From an uncultured Verrucomicrobiota bacterium (GTDB taxonomy: Bacteria > Verrucomicrobiota > Kiritimatiellia > RFP12 > UBA3636), in assembly GCA_947169825.1 (NCBI GenBank), contig CAMVRE010000001.1, positions 16,463 through 80,462 of the forward strand: DNA of 64,000 nucleotides, written 5' to 3'. The position numbers and the translations under genes were made by a program. Shown here piece after piece: positions 1-9,860 of the stretch; position 1 is the first letter of the stretch, and the number at the start of each line of letters is the position of its first letter. The notes beneath the pieces were generated by a model, which was not told the DNA's origin, searched no databases, and saw only the letters and a program-made list of their open reading frames with translations.

Positions 1-1
1 G

Positions 2-1822
2 GTGCTCCGGGCGTCCGATGCGGACGGCATTCCGATCGGATTCAAGCGGCTGGCCTCCGACGTCCCCCGGAGGGAATCGCTCCAGTTCGTGCTCGGATTC
101 CTTTTCATCGACATGTCGGGCAACGGCCTGCTGCTGGCGGCGACCGAGTCGGCCGACGAAATCGCGTTCCCCGCCGGATATCTGTCCGGGATTCCAAGGC
201 TCCAGGAGTTCCTCGCCCCCGTTCCGGACGCCGCGCTGCGGGAATCGAACTCCGTCGGGATCCTCTTCCACCGCGCCGACCCCGATCGGAACGTCCTTTC
301 CGTCGCCATCTCCGACATCACCGCCTTGGCGAAGTCCGGAGACGGAACGAAGCCCGATTTCGCCCATTTCGTTTCCGGGAGGCTTCTTCGTCCCGGTTGG
401 TTCTGGAATCGTACGCCCCAGCCGGGACCGATGCAGTTCGCGTATTTCGATTTGCGCGCCGCGAACGCCGACATGGAACGAACCCTGCTGGTCGAGAAGA
501 CAGTCGGCGCGCTCGCCGCCGCCGCGGACGACCTCTCCGGCCGCGAGGCGTTCTCCGGCTGGCTCGCGCAATTCCTCGCGAGTCTCGGCGTTCCGGATTC
601 CGTCTGGGACAATCCGGCTTTTGCGCACGATGTCCTCGAGGCTCTGAAGAGCCGGAAGGACGGCCGGCTTTTCGCCCTTGCGAACCGGATTGCGGACGAT
701 TCCGGCCGTCGAAAGGAAGACGGCGGAAGGAGCGCCGAAATCCGGCCGGCCGGCCGGACATTCCTCTCCTCGTCCGACGAAACCTTCGGCCGGAAGGTCG
801 TGGACATGATCCGCAAAGCCGAAAAATCCGTCTTCGTGGTGTCCCCGGTCGTCGAGGAGGAAGAGGTTTTCGAAGCTCTCCGCGAAGCGTCGGCGAGAAA
901 CGTCGACGTCCGCGTGGTCACGCAGCTCGGAAACCACAGGACGGGCGAATTCAAGACATCCCCGGAATTCGCCGATTACGACATCCCCCGCCGAAAGTTA
1001 GCGGACTTCGGCGCGCGCGTCCGCGACTGGGACGTCACGGTCCACGCGAAGATGGTTCTCGCGGACGACCGGCGCTTCCTGTTCACGACGGCCAACTTGA
1101 ACGGAAACAGTCTCGGAACGGGCGAACGGAACGCGGTCGAAGCGGCCTTTCTCTTCGAAGACGGCCCCGAAGTCGCCGCCGGCCGGAAATTCTTCGACGC
1201 CATCTGGGAGGGCTGCCCGACCCGGCAGGAGAAACGGGACGACTCGATCGTCATCGCGCGGGTCGCCTCGAAAGTCCGGGCGCCGGCAGCGGCCGACTGC
1301 TCGGTCCGCGCGGGCGCGGCGGAGTTTCTCCTGTCCACGCCGGCGAATCTCCTGTTGTCCCGCCGCATCGCGGTTTTGCTGGATTCCGCGAAGAAGAACG
1401 TCCTTCTTCTGGCGATGACGCTCTACGACCTGGAAAAAGTCCCGGCGCTGTTCAATGCGTTCGTCCGGACCTTGAAGAGGAACGTGAAGGTCACGGTCCT
1501 CGTCCGACCCGGCGCGGAACAGAATTTCAAGCCGTCCGAGTGGCCAGATCCATCCACGAAGAAATTGATGGCGCTCGGCCTGAAGGTCGTCGAGATCCCG
1601 CGTCTCCACGCCAAAGGCGTCTTCATCGACGACCGCATCGGCCTGATGACGAGCGCCAACCTGAATCCCTATTCGCTTGGGGATCTCGAGACCTCCCACG
1701 TCGAGGTCGCCGTTCAGGCGCCGTGCGTGGAGCCTTTCATGGCCGGATTCCAACAGTTTGCCGCATCCTTGGAAAAAGGCGGCATACATCAACGAGGAGA
1801 AAGAAAACATGCAAAATCTTGA
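2..1822 (+). CDS. Phospholipase D-like (two HKD motif) domain protein; 5' end probably outside window
   Basis: Two HxK(x4)D motifs are visible: VHAKMVLADD...TTANLNGNS and LHAKGVFIDD...TSANLNPYS. The long ORF runs from the window edge to TGA at 1820-1822. Confidence 0.75.
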   Translation: MLRASDADGIPIGFKRLASDVPRRESLQFVLGFLFIDMSGNGLLLAATESADEIAFPAGYLSGIPRLQEFLAPVPDAALRESNSVGILFHRADPDRNVLSVAISDITALAKSGDGTKPDFAHFVSGRLLRPGWFWNRTPQPGPMQFAYFDLRAANADMERTLLVEKTVGALAAAADDLSGREAFSGWLAQFLASLGVPDSVWDNPAFAHDVLEALKSRKDGRLFALANRIADDSGRRKEDGGRSAEIRPAGRTFLSSSDETFGRKVVDMIRKAEKSVFVVSPVVEEEEVFEALREASARNVDVRVVTQLGNHRTGEFKTSPEFADYDIPRRKLADFGARVRDWDVTVHAKMVLADDRRFLFTTANLNGNSLGTGERNAVEAAFLFEDGPEVAAGRKFFDAIWEGCPTRQEKRDDSIVIARVASKVRAPAAADCSVRAGAAEFLLSTPANLLLSRRIAVLLDSAKKNVLLLAMTLYDLEKVPALFNAFVRTLKRNVKVTVLVRPGAEQNFKPSEWPDPSTKKLMALGLKVVEIPRLHAKGVFIDDRIGLMTSANLNPYSLGDLETSHVEVAVQAPCVEPFMAGFQQFAASLEKGGIHQRGERKHAKS

Positions 1823-2222
1823 GCAAGAACGCCAATCCTTGATGGCACTGGTCAATGCCTTCAACGAAAGGACCCGTCTAGCGGGAGTCCCTCCTTTTTC
1901 CATGTCGTGCGAAGATGCGGCAACGAGCAAGGAGGCAGAAATCGATTATCTGAACGAGTCTTCCTGCAACTTGCCGCCACTCGCCGCCGCCACTCTTGCG
2001 GAGCGACGTGGATGGGCTTATTTGCCCGGTGACGATTCCTTTCCCATCGGGAATGGTAACGGAGCACTTCCGAGTTCTCTCGTGGAAGCGCTCCGCATAG
2101 CCATGGCGGGCGAATCAAACGATGGTTTTTTCCATTTTTTCCTTATGAAGGGCGACTGGATAATTAGAATGGATGTTTATGACAATGGTTATGGCAGTCC
2201 CGCTCATTTTGTCTCCATTTGA
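1809..2222 (+). CDS. Hypothetical protein (138 aa)
   Basis: ATG at 1809 is preceded by aggagaaagaaaac. It overlaps the PLD gene stop by 14 nt in another frame. GC is lower here. No recognisable domain. Confidence 0.5.
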   Translation: MQNLEQERQSLMALVNAFNERTRLAGVPPFSMSCEDAATSKEAEIDYLNESSCNLPPLAAATLAERRGWAYLPGDDSFPIGNGNGALPSSLVEALRIAMAGESNDGFFHFFLMKGDWIIRMDVYDNGYGSPAHFVSI

Positions 2223-2288
2223 CATTGTTTTCAGATTGAACAAGAGGGGTTCCTCGCTTCAAGCGACAACACAATTGAACAAAGAACA

Positions 2289-2510
2289 ATGAGCAGAAGA
2301 GTCCGCCACGTCCACGCCCGTCCCGGCGAGCACATCTACGTCCACCGCCACGACCATCCGCGCTACCGCCCGACCCCGGTGTATACGCCGGCGAGCCCGA
2401 CTTTCGGCGACATGGTGCGTTCGTTTTTCCGGTTTCTCAAGATACTGTTCTACTGGGTTCTGGCATTGTTCATTCTTTTTCTCATCATCGGAATTCTCCG
2501 TTCGAAATAA
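2289..2510 (+). CDS. Small hydrophobic protein (73 aa), hypothetical
   Basis: A/C-rich leader ...caattgaacaaagaacaATG. The C-terminal FLKILFYWVLALFILFLIIGIL is a likely TM helix. Lower-GC patch. Confidence 0.4.
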   Translation: MSRRVRHVHARPGEHIYVHRHDHPRYRPTPVYTPASPTFGDMVRSFFRFLKILFYWVLALFILFLIIGILRSK

Positions 2511-2712
2511 CACAATCCTCGGACAGGTAGGGTGTGCGGACGCATCGTGCCGAAGAGTTCGGCGCGCTCGTCGAGCGCACCCCGTCGTCGTTGCCCGCCT
2601 TCTTTTCCGGCAGGGCGCGGCGGTCCCTCGTGCCGTCGCCGGAAATCGGCCGCCCTTGTCCCTTATCGGTGGTGTACGGGAACGATTCCCGATCCGACAA
2701 GGGAGCAAAGAC

Positions 2713-3129
2713 ATGAACCGGACAACAGCGCATTCCATGAAAGACGGGACGATTGAATTTCATGCCGGACGGGAAAACCTGTCCAATTGCTACAACTGCG
2801 GAAGAGCCGTGTACGGAGATCCCGACGCCAAAGCGGGAGGGCATGTGTTCTGCAGCCGCAAATGCCGTGCGGACTGGGAGCGAAGCCAAGCGCGTCGCAG
2901 AGCGGCGAAGGAAGCGGCCAAGCGCCGTGCGGAAGAAGCCAGGCGCCGTGCGGAGGAAGCCAGGCGCATTCGCGAGGACAACGTCCGCATCGATGCCGAA
3001 AATGCACGACGTCGGCAAAAACAGGCGGCATTGAACCAACAGGCCGAGGCGCGCGAGAAGCGCTATCGCGGCTGGGCATGGGCGGCGGGAATCCCGCTTG
3101 TTCTCTGGGCCATATTCAAATGGATTTAA
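2713..3129 (+). CDS. Hypothetical Zn-ribbon / Arg-Ala-Glu-rich coiled-coil protein with C-terminal TM anchor
   Basis: GGGAG sits 7 nt upstream of ATG 2713. Motif CYNCGRAVYG...CSRKCRADWE, an RRAEEARRRAEEARR repeat, and a C-terminal WAAGIPLVLWAIFKWI. Confidence 0.55.
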   Translation: MNRTTAHSMKDGTIEFHAGRENLSNCYNCGRAVYGDPDAKAGGHVFCSRKCRADWERSQARRRAAKEAAKRRAEEARRRAEEARRIREDNVRIDAENARRRQKQAALNQQAEAREKRYRGWAWAAGIPLVLWAIFKWI

Positions 3130-3193
3130 GACGAAACATCTCCGGACGCCATCCGAGCAAGGAACAAACAACCATCAAGAAAGGAATCGCACA

Positions 3194-3448
3194 ATGACCA
3201 ATCGCCGTCGCCACAACTCCCGAAAGGACATGCCGTTTACGCCCCGTTTCCATCGTCCTTGCCCGCAGCATCCCATGCCGACGCGCCATCCGCTCGACAA
3301 TGTGCCAAGCGATCCGGGGACAAGCTATTCCTGGCTCTTTGTGTTTCTCGGCTGCGCCGCTCTTGCCCTTGTCGTTGCCTATCCCGAGATCTTCATCGCT
3401 CTCGTTGGGCTTGGAGTAGGCGCGGTCGTGATCGCAGCGATGGATTGA
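3194..3448 (+). CDS. Small membrane protein, hypothetical (84 aa)
   Basis: aaggaa lies upstream of ATG 3194. The C-terminal WLFVFLGCAALALVVAYPEIFIALVGLGVGAVVIAA gives two predicted TM helices. Confidence 0.45.
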   Translation: MTNRRRHNSRKDMPFTPRFHRPCPQHPMPTRHPLDNVPSDPGTSYSWLFVFLGCAALALVVAYPEIFIALVGLGVGAVVIAAMD

Positions 3449-3491
3449 TGATCGCATCGCGACGTTTCAAATGTCTCTCGGCGGGCGCGCA

Positions 3492-4148
3492 CTATCGCCG
3501 CATGAGAGAGAGAACCATTTCCCCGATCTTGCCCTTGAGCGCATGGTAGTCCCCGGGGCCGACGCGGATGACGTCATCGAAGTCGAAGGGGAGGACGGGG
3601 GTGTCGAGACGGACGAGGGAGAGGGTCTCCTCGTCCCAGCGGTAGTTCGCGTGGCGGGCGGGATCGGGAACGGCGCCGGGACGGAGGAGGTCGTCGTAGG
3701 CGAGGAAGTCCGCGATGTGTTCGCGGAGGGAGTCCTCCGGGACCTGGTGGGCGTCGGGCTTCTCGGGCGTCACTTGCTGCGCGGCGAGATGCGCCTCGAG
3801 CGCGCGGGGCTGGAAGTTCAGAAAGAGGATGCGGTAGCCGGCCGCGCGGGCGGCGTCGGTGTAGGGCCGCGTCTCCCACGGATGCTCGTCGGTGTTGTCG
3901 AGGACGACGAGCCCGATCCCCTCCGCGAGCGACGCCTTGAACGCCTCCAGGTTCCGGCGGTGGTATTCGCCCAGCTTGCGGATGTCGAAGACGTAGCGGC
4001 CGTCGACCATGAAGTAGTCGTCGGTCGAATGGACGCGCACGGAGACGCCTTCGCGGTCCATCGTCTCGCGGATGTTCCGCGCGAACGAGCTCTTCCCCGA
4101 GCCGGGGACGGCGCGGTTCACGAGGACGGTCGGACGGATTTCTTTCAC
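3492..4148 (-). CDS. P-loop NTPase, AAA_33/zeta-toxin/polynucleotide-kinase-like
   Basis: Walker A LVNRAVPGSGKSSFARN and a Walker B-like GLVVLDNTD. GTG start. 218 aa. Confidence 0.65.
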   Translation of the reverse strand: MKEIRPTVLVNRAVPGSGKSSFARNIRETMDREGVSVRVHSTDDYFMVDGRYVFDIRKLGEYHRRNLEAFKASLAEGIGLVVLDNTDEHPWETRPYTDAARAAGYRILFLNFQPRALEAHLAAQQVTPEKPDAHQVPEDSLREHIADFLAYDDLLRPGAVPDPARHANYRWDEETLSLVRLDTPVLPFDFDDVIRVGPGDYHALKGKIGEMVLSLMRR

Positions 4149-4190
4149 GCCGCAAAGTCTACCACAGGGGCGGCTCGCCCGACAAGGGCG

Positions 4191-5474
4191 CTATCCGTTG
4201 AACAGCGCTTCGCGCAGCTTCTCCGGATCGGCCTTGCAGTCGTTCGGGAGGATCAGGGCGAGTGTGCAGGTTTCAGGGCGAATAATGTCTGCGGCCAGGG
4301 TTTGGATCTGTTCGCGCGTGATGGAACGGAGCCCCTTCACCCATTGTTCGGGAGGCATCACGAAACCGCGGTTCCGCAGGCTCCCTTGGAGAACCAGTCG
4401 CTGTTCTTCGGACGTCTCGCCGAAGAACATGTTCCAGCCAGTCAGGAGACCCTTCGTGTCCGCAAGCTCCCGGTTGCTTACGGGTCGTTCGGCCATTGCG
4501 CGGATTTCCTGTCCGATCAGCGCGACGGCCTTCTCGACTCGCGTGGGGTCCAGTCCGGCCTTCACGTAGAACATGCCCGTTCCCTTGTAGTGATGAGATG
4601 CCGCATGGATCGAATAGGCCATGCCATTCTGGTCCCGGATTCGGCGGAAGAGCCGCGAATCCATGCCGCCACCGAGGATGTTGGCCAGAAGGGCGAGCCT
4701 GTCCCGGTTTTCGTTGTCGAGTTCGGGAATCCGGAAGGCGACGATTGCGTTGACCTGCTTGACGTCGCGGCGTTCGGCGACCAGCGGCCGGACTGGACGG
4801 AAGCGGCTTTTCGGCTTCCGACGTACGGGGTTGTTGGCGAGGTTTTCGAGATGAGGCCGGACCATCTCGACGATCCTTTCGTGGTCCAAAGCGCCTGCGG
4901 CGGACACGAGAACCTCGGGCGCCGCATAGTTCCGATGATGGAAGTCGAGAAGCGCGTCCGCGTCCGCCTGCTCGAGAGCGGTGGGGTTCCCCGAAATCGG
5001 GCGTCCGAGACTATGACCGGGCCAGATGGCGGCTCGGGCGGCGCGAAAGATCCGCCCGTCGGGGGAGTCCTCGGACCTCTTAATCTCTTCCAGAACGACC
5101 TTCCTCTCCCGTTCGATCTCCGAGGACGGGCAGAGCGGGTGCGAGAACATGTCTCCGAGGATGCCGACGGCCAGCGCCGTTTTGGATGCCGGAACCCGTG
5201 CGTGGAAGCTGGTTTCCTCGTGTCCCGTTTCGGCATTGTATTCGGCGCCGATCCTTTCGAGCGGGCGGACGATCTCCGTGCGCGTCGGATGCCTGCGGGA
5301 TCCTTTGAAAATCATGTGTTCGAGGAAGTGGCTCCATCCCGCCTCTGAGCTCCGTTCGAACCGGCTGCCCATGCCGACGGAGAAGCAGACGGAAAAGCTG
5401 TTCACGCCGGGCATGGCGGACGTGGCGATCTTGGCGCCGTTGGGAAGAGTGGTGATTCTGACGTGTTCGAACAT
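4191..5474 (-). CDS. M16 (pitrilysin/insulinase) family zinc peptidase
   Basis: Inverted zincin motif HFLEHMIFKG, then ...E...AETGHEETSF. Start chosen at MFEHVRITTLPNG, which has aagga 9 nt upstream. Confidence 0.85.
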   Translation of the reverse strand: MFEHVRITTLPNGAKIATSAMPGVNSFSVCFSVGMGSRFERSSEAGWSHFLEHMIFKGSRRHPTRTEIVRPLERIGAEYNAETGHEETSFHARVPASKTALAVGILGDMFSHPLCPSSEIERERKVVLEEIKRSEDSPDGRIFRAARAAIWPGHSLGRPISGNPTALEQADADALLDFHHRNYAAPEVLVSAAGALDHERIVEMVRPHLENLANNPVRRKPKSRFRPVRPLVAERRDVKQVNAIVAFRIPELDNENRDRLALLANILGGGMDSRLFRRIRDQNGMAYSIHAASHHYKGTGMFYVKAGLDPTRVEKAVALIGQEIRAMAERPVSNRELADTKGLLTGWNMFFGETSEEQRLVLQGSLRNRGFVMPPEQWVKGLRSITREQIQTLAADIIRPETCTLALILPNDCKADPEKLREALFNG

Positions 5475-5591
5475 GGTGTGTCCTTGGCTGGTGTTGTCGC
5501 GGGCGATTTGCCCGACACCATCCATAATCCGCCGGCGCGGATTCTTTCCACGTGGCGTCGGCGAATAGGACCGGATTCCGTCCTTCGTCCG

Positions 5592-7163
5592 TCAGTTTAC
5601 CGCGGGACCGGGCTCAGTCGCGCGGGCGTTCCGCATCGTCACCGCGAGGGGAATCATGTTGTTTCCGACCGGGAAATAGCCAAACATGAATTCCTTTTTC
5701 GGGATATCGGAGCAGGTTCGGTAGTGGGCGTCGACGGCGTCGGAAACTTCGCAGACGGGGTTCGAAAGATCGAGATCCTGCGTCCGCGGATCGTAGAGGA
5801 AGACGGCCTTCGCCCAATAGACGGAATTTCCCGACGCGTCCTTCTTGCGCCCGTGCCACGTGATGGCCAGATCGTCGTAACCGTCATTGTTCAGATCGAC
5901 CGTTTCGATGCCGATTCCCCTTCTCAGGCCCCTGTCCAGATCGTCGTAGACGAAGATCTGCTGAACGCGGAACGGCGCGTCCTCCAGGGAATCGGCCCAC
6001 CGGAGGTGGACTTCGTAGCAGTAGCGCCATCTCGACTTCACGTTCTTGTTCTCCGTCACGATGCGCCACAGCTCGACGTCGAGCTCGCGCCCGTTCAACC
6101 GGACGGTCGCATCAAGCCGGAGGGAGTTGAGGGGGGCGAGCCGGTGGCGGAGATAATACCCGAGGGCGCTCAAAGCGACTAGCCCGGAGACGATCGCGAA
6201 AATGAGACAACGCCAATAGTTTTCCGCTTCAGGGGTTCTTGCGGGGCCGATGATGACCACAATCAGAAGGAGAAGAACCAAAATTATGCCGACTTCTTCA
6301 AAATGGCGCGACCACCGATGGACACGCCGCCCGTCGATGCGAAACAGGAGATTGGTCGCGACCTTGGAGAAATCCGGTTTGTTCTTTTCCCTTTCGGAAT
6401 AGTACGCACCGACGTCTTTCCATTCTTTCCGGGCGGTGTCGGGTTTGCGCGGGTCACGGTGGAAAAGCAGTTCCTTCTGGGTTTCGCGCAGGATCCCGAT
6501 TTCGTATCCGAGCACCTTTTTCCTTTCGCGGATGACAACCGACGAGACGGGAATCAGCTCGTTCATCGGTCCGATATGGGAGACGAGGATGGCGAGAACG
6601 GGGCCCTTGAGCCGAACGCTGTGGCAGAGATGGAAGGAAACGTGGGTCCGGAGCCTATCGAGGGCTTCTTTTCCAAGTTCGTAACGTTGCGCGTCCGAAA
6701 CCTCGAACGCGAGCCGTTCTTCGTCTTTGGTGCCCAACAACTCTTTTTGGACGTAGGCGCAGAAATCCCGGTCTTCGCGTTTCGGATCTTCTTCGCAAAA
6801 CGTCTTGTAGCCGATATCGACGAGATAGAGCTCCTTTTTTTTCTTGTCCTCGCCGACGCCGAGCAGGATGCACCCGCCCCAGGCGTTGGCCATGGAAACC
6901 ATCGCCTCGACCACGTTCCACTTGCACGCATCGCCCGTCGAGTTGTCCCCCTGCTTGGGAAGATAGTGCGCCTTGAACTCGAGGAAGTTCGTTTCCCGGG
7001 TTCCGTTCTCACGGGAGCCGGAAAGCCCCCGAAGCAGCTTGTCGACGTCAGGTACCGGAGGAGGGTCGACGCCCAGGACGGAGCTGGACAGGGAGCCAAA
7101 ATCATCGCACTTGGCGATTGTCTTTCGGGAGAAAAGGCGAAGGAGTAGCTGTTTCATGGCCAT
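5592..7163 (-). CDS. Schlafen-type AlbA_2 domain protein with central TM helices and a C-terminal FG-GAP/VCBS-like segment
   Basis: AlbA_2 signature NFLEFKAHY...ANAWGGCILLGVGEDKK. Hydrophobic stretches IILVLLLLIVVIIG and LIFAIVSGLVALSALGYY. DLNNDGYDDLAITWHG near the C-terminus. GC and codon use are markedly lower than the neighbours. The listed 1130-aa ORF is cut at MAMKQLL because the remainder is antisense to the 7362-8465 gene. Confidence 0.7.
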   Translation of the reverse strand: MAMKQLLLRLFSRKTIAKCDDFGSLSSSVLGVDPPPVPDVDKLLRGLSGSRENGTRETNFLEFKAHYLPKQGDNSTGDACKWNVVEAMVSMANAWGGCILLGVGEDKKKKELYLVDIGYKTFCEEDPKREDRDFCAYVQKELLGTKDEERLAFEVSDAQRYELGKEALDRLRTHVSFHLCHSVRLKGPVLAILVSHIGPMNELIPVSSVVIRERKKVLGYEIGILRETQKELLFHRDPRKPDTARKEWKDVGAYYSEREKNKPDFSKVATNLLFRIDGRRVHRWSRHFEEVGIILVLLLLIVVIIGPARTPEAENYWRCLIFAIVSGLVALSALGYYLRHRLAPLNSLRLDATVRLNGRELDVELWRIVTENKNVKSRWRYCYEVHLRWADSLEDAPFRVQQIFVYDDLDRGLRRGIGIETVDLNNDGYDDLAITWHGRKKDASGNSVYWAKAVFLYDPRTQDLDLSNPVCEVSDAVDAHYRTCSDIPKKEFMFGYFPVGNNMIPLAVTMRNARATEPGPAVN

Positions 7164-7361
7164 TCGTTGGTTGCGTAAACACGCGATACATTCTATCAAA
7201 TTGTCCTGCCGCGAGCAAGCGAGCGCGCTTGCCATAGTATTGGTGTTCGTGCGACTGCAATCGTTCCATGCCAGTTCTCCTGTGGAAAGGGATTGGAGTC
7301 GCCGCTTATGGATGGTGAACGACCGAACGTTCACGAACGACGACATCAAAGGACCAGAGAC

Positions 7362-8465
7362 ATGACCGACAACAACACCAAGAAGACCAACGCCATGGAA
7401 CACAACCCCGTCCATACCGCCATGAAGAACGTGTCCCCGAAGATTCTGCTGCCCATCCTCGTGTCCGTTTTCGCGCTCTGCGCGCTCCCGTTCCTGACGG
7501 GCGCGTCCACCGCGGACGCGTCGGCGGAACCGACGCTTTCGCCCCTCGACGACCTCAGCCGGGAAACCGGGCGCGACGCGGACGCGACGGAAGTCCGAAC
7601 GAAGCAGGCGGACGCCTACCGCGCCCAGGGGGAGTACGACCTGTGCTACCGGATCTACCGGGGATGCGTCGAGAGCGGGCGGATCGACGGCCGCGCGTTC
7701 TACAAGGTCCTGCGCGGCGACGCGAAGGACCTTGCTGCGGCACATCCCGAAAAGAGGATGACGGTGCTCGTCGAAGACGGGAAGAAGAAGCCGGAGGAGT
7801 GGCAGGTTGCCCGGATGCGTCCCGAAGACAAGGCCTTGATTTGGAAAAAGAAGGGCGTGACGCCGAAGAAGGATTGGTTGACGGAAAAGGAACGGACGGC
7901 CCTCGTGGAGGCCGGCACCGCGAAGGGACTCGAGTTCCTGGACGGAAAACCGTCCCTCACGTTGGAGAAATGCCGCCGGATCCTCGCGTGCTACGACCTG
8001 CTGCGCGACCACGTCCAGAATCTGCTCGACGGAACGGAAGAGCGTCTGGTCCGCGAAGCGCCCGGCGACGAAGCGCTCGAATCCCTGCGCCGCGACCTGC
8101 TGGCCCTCAAGAAGGAAATCCGGGTCGCGCGCACGCGGTTCGTCTCCTACACGCTCGTGAGCCCGTTCCTCGCGGAGACGGTCCGGCTGCGCAGGATCGC
8201 CAAGGACAGCTTCCTCCAGATGCTGTTCAACCACCGGGCGAACGCGGGGAAGCGGCTGGACGCCATCTCGATGCTCGCGTTGGCGTGCCACAACGAGATT
8301 CTCATGAGCTGCACGGAGGACGTCCGCATCCAGTTCTGCGACGTCGTGTCCGGCCTGAAGCGGATCTCGCGTCCTGCGGAATGGGAGCACTTCAAGACCG
8401 TGACGACGATGCTCGACAGCTACGACCCCTCGAAGAAGCGCGGGGCCGACGCCTGGTGGGAGTAG
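7362..8465 (+). CDS. Hypothetical secreted/membrane-anchored protein
   Basis: Internal signal-like MKNVSPKILLPILVSVFALCALPFLTGASTADA. The start could be 7362, 7395 or 7422. No known domain. Confidence 0.5.
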   Translation: MTDNNTKKTNAMEHNPVHTAMKNVSPKILLPILVSVFALCALPFLTGASTADASAEPTLSPLDDLSRETGRDADATEVRTKQADAYRAQGEYDLCYRIYRGCVESGRIDGRAFYKVLRGDAKDLAAAHPEKRMTVLVEDGKKKPEEWQVARMRPEDKALIWKKKGVTPKKDWLTEKERTALVEAGTAKGLEFLDGKPSLTLEKCRRILACYDLLRDHVQNLLDGTEERLVREAPGDEALESLRRDLLALKKEIRVARTRFVSYTLVSPFLAETVRLRRIAKDSFLQMLFNHRANAGKRLDAISMLALACHNEILMSCTEDVRIQFCDVVSGLKRISRPAEWEHFKTVTTMLDSYDPSKKRGADAWWE

Positions 8466-8489
8466 CAGGAAGGAAAGGAGAGACAGACG

Positions 8490-9839
8490 ATGAAGAACAA
8501 CGCCATTCGTCCGTTCCGCCTTGCGGCGGCGATCCTTCTTGCGGCGATCGCGCCCGCCGCGATGGCCCATCCTTCGGCCGCGGAACACGCCCGGGATCTG
8601 CGGGCGGTCTTCGCGGGGCTGGAGGAGGGGCCCTTCCGCGAGATCTTCGAAACGGTGAGCGCCGACGTCGACAACGCGCTGGCCAGATCGTTCGAGGCGG
8701 AGATCGGACCGATTCCGGGCGGGCCCGGCAACCATCGCATCCTCGGTCATTCGTGGGCGCTCGGAGATCGCATCCCGAAGGACAAGCTCCGTCTGCTGGA
8801 AAGCGCCCATCCGGGCCGGCGGGCGGACATCGTCCGCTGGTGGAACCGGTTCTCCGAGGCGGAGATCTCGAAGATCGCGGAAAAGACGGGGCTCGCCAGA
8901 CCGCAGGCGAAGGCGCTCGGAAACATCATCTGGCGAATCCATCTGTTCGGCGACCGGACGGTCGACAACCGGGCGGTTGACCACGTCATCCCGACCCGCG
9001 AAAACGCGGAACGGCTGATCCGGGACCTGAACGACCTGTTCCGCCGATCCTGCCCCGACGCCCTGGGCAAGGCCGTGCAGACGATTCGGGACGCGATGCG
9101 TTCCGGGTCAACGGAGGCGGCCCGGGCGACGGCCGCACTCGACGCCTGCGCGAAGGCCCGAATCCCGACCATGCTGGAACAGGGATACGGCAGGCAGCTC
9201 GCCTCGAAGGGCATCGGACGTTCCGCGCAGGCGGCAGCCGCGCTTCCCCGGACGGCCGTCGCCGGCTCCGTTCCGTCCTCCGCCGCGAAACTGATGGCGA
9301 AGGGGAAAGCCTTCGCCGCCAATTCCCCGGAAGGCGCCAAGGCGTGGTCCGCGGCCAAGGAGGGCTTCCGGTCGAAGGGAACCGTACAGGTGCGGCCGGG
9401 ACTCCTGGCGCCGTCCGGACGGCTGCTTACGTCCGTGAAGTCCGGCGCCGCCGCGGGCGCGCTCGTGTTCGCCGCGGACGCCGGCATGGCCTGCTACCGG
9501 TTCTGGCAGGGGGACATCCTCGACGCCGAGTTTGCGGACGGCATCGCGGACGCGGCCCTGAAGGGGGCTGTCGTCGGCGCGGCCGTCGGCGTCGCGGTCC
9601 TGCTGGGCGCGACGCCCCAGGGCTGGGTCGTTCTCGCCGTGGCCACCGCGACGTACATCGTCGTCGACGTCGGAATCCGGATCTGGCGGGAGATCGACGA
9701 ACGGCGGTTCCTCTCCGCGGAAGACCTCGCCGCCTTCGGCATCCGGCCGGATGCGTTTCCGGAGCCGCGCGATACCATTCTTTCGCCGATGGACGACGGG
9801 TTTCTGGAGCCGCGGGACAGTACGCTCGTCTTACCGTGA
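8490..9839 (+). CDS. Hypothetical secreted protein with C-terminal hydrophobic region
   Basis: aggaaggaaaggag lies upstream. Signal peptide MKNNAIRPFRLAAAILLAAIAPAAMA. C-terminal GAVVGAAVGVAVLLGA...VVLAVATATYIVV. Confidence 0.6.
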   Translation: MKNNAIRPFRLAAAILLAAIAPAAMAHPSAAEHARDLRAVFAGLEEGPFREIFETVSADVDNALARSFEAEIGPIPGGPGNHRILGHSWALGDRIPKDKLRLLESAHPGRRADIVRWWNRFSEAEISKIAEKTGLARPQAKALGNIIWRIHLFGDRTVDNRAVDHVIPTRENAERLIRDLNDLFRRSCPDALGKAVQTIRDAMRSGSTEAARATAALDACAKARIPTMLEQGYGRQLASKGIGRSAQAAAALPRTAVAGSVPSSAAKLMAKGKAFAANSPEGAKAWSAAKEGFRSKGTVQVRPGLLAPSGRLLTSVKSGAAAGALVFAADAGMACYRFWQGDILDAEFADGIADAALKGAVVGAAVGVAVLLGATPQGWVVLAVATATYIVVDVGIRIWREIDERRFLSAEDLAAFGIRPDAFPEPRDTILSPMDDGFLEPRDSTLVLP

Positions 9840-9860
9840 CGGGGAGAAGCCGACAATGAC

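Noticed and set aside
7164-8984. Upper 1.8 kb of the listed 1130-aa minus-strand ORF (5592-8984)
   Set aside because: Arg/Pro/Glu-rich, high-GC antisense translation of the plus-strand gene 7362-8465 and of the promoter region. The real gene begins at MAMKQLL (7163).
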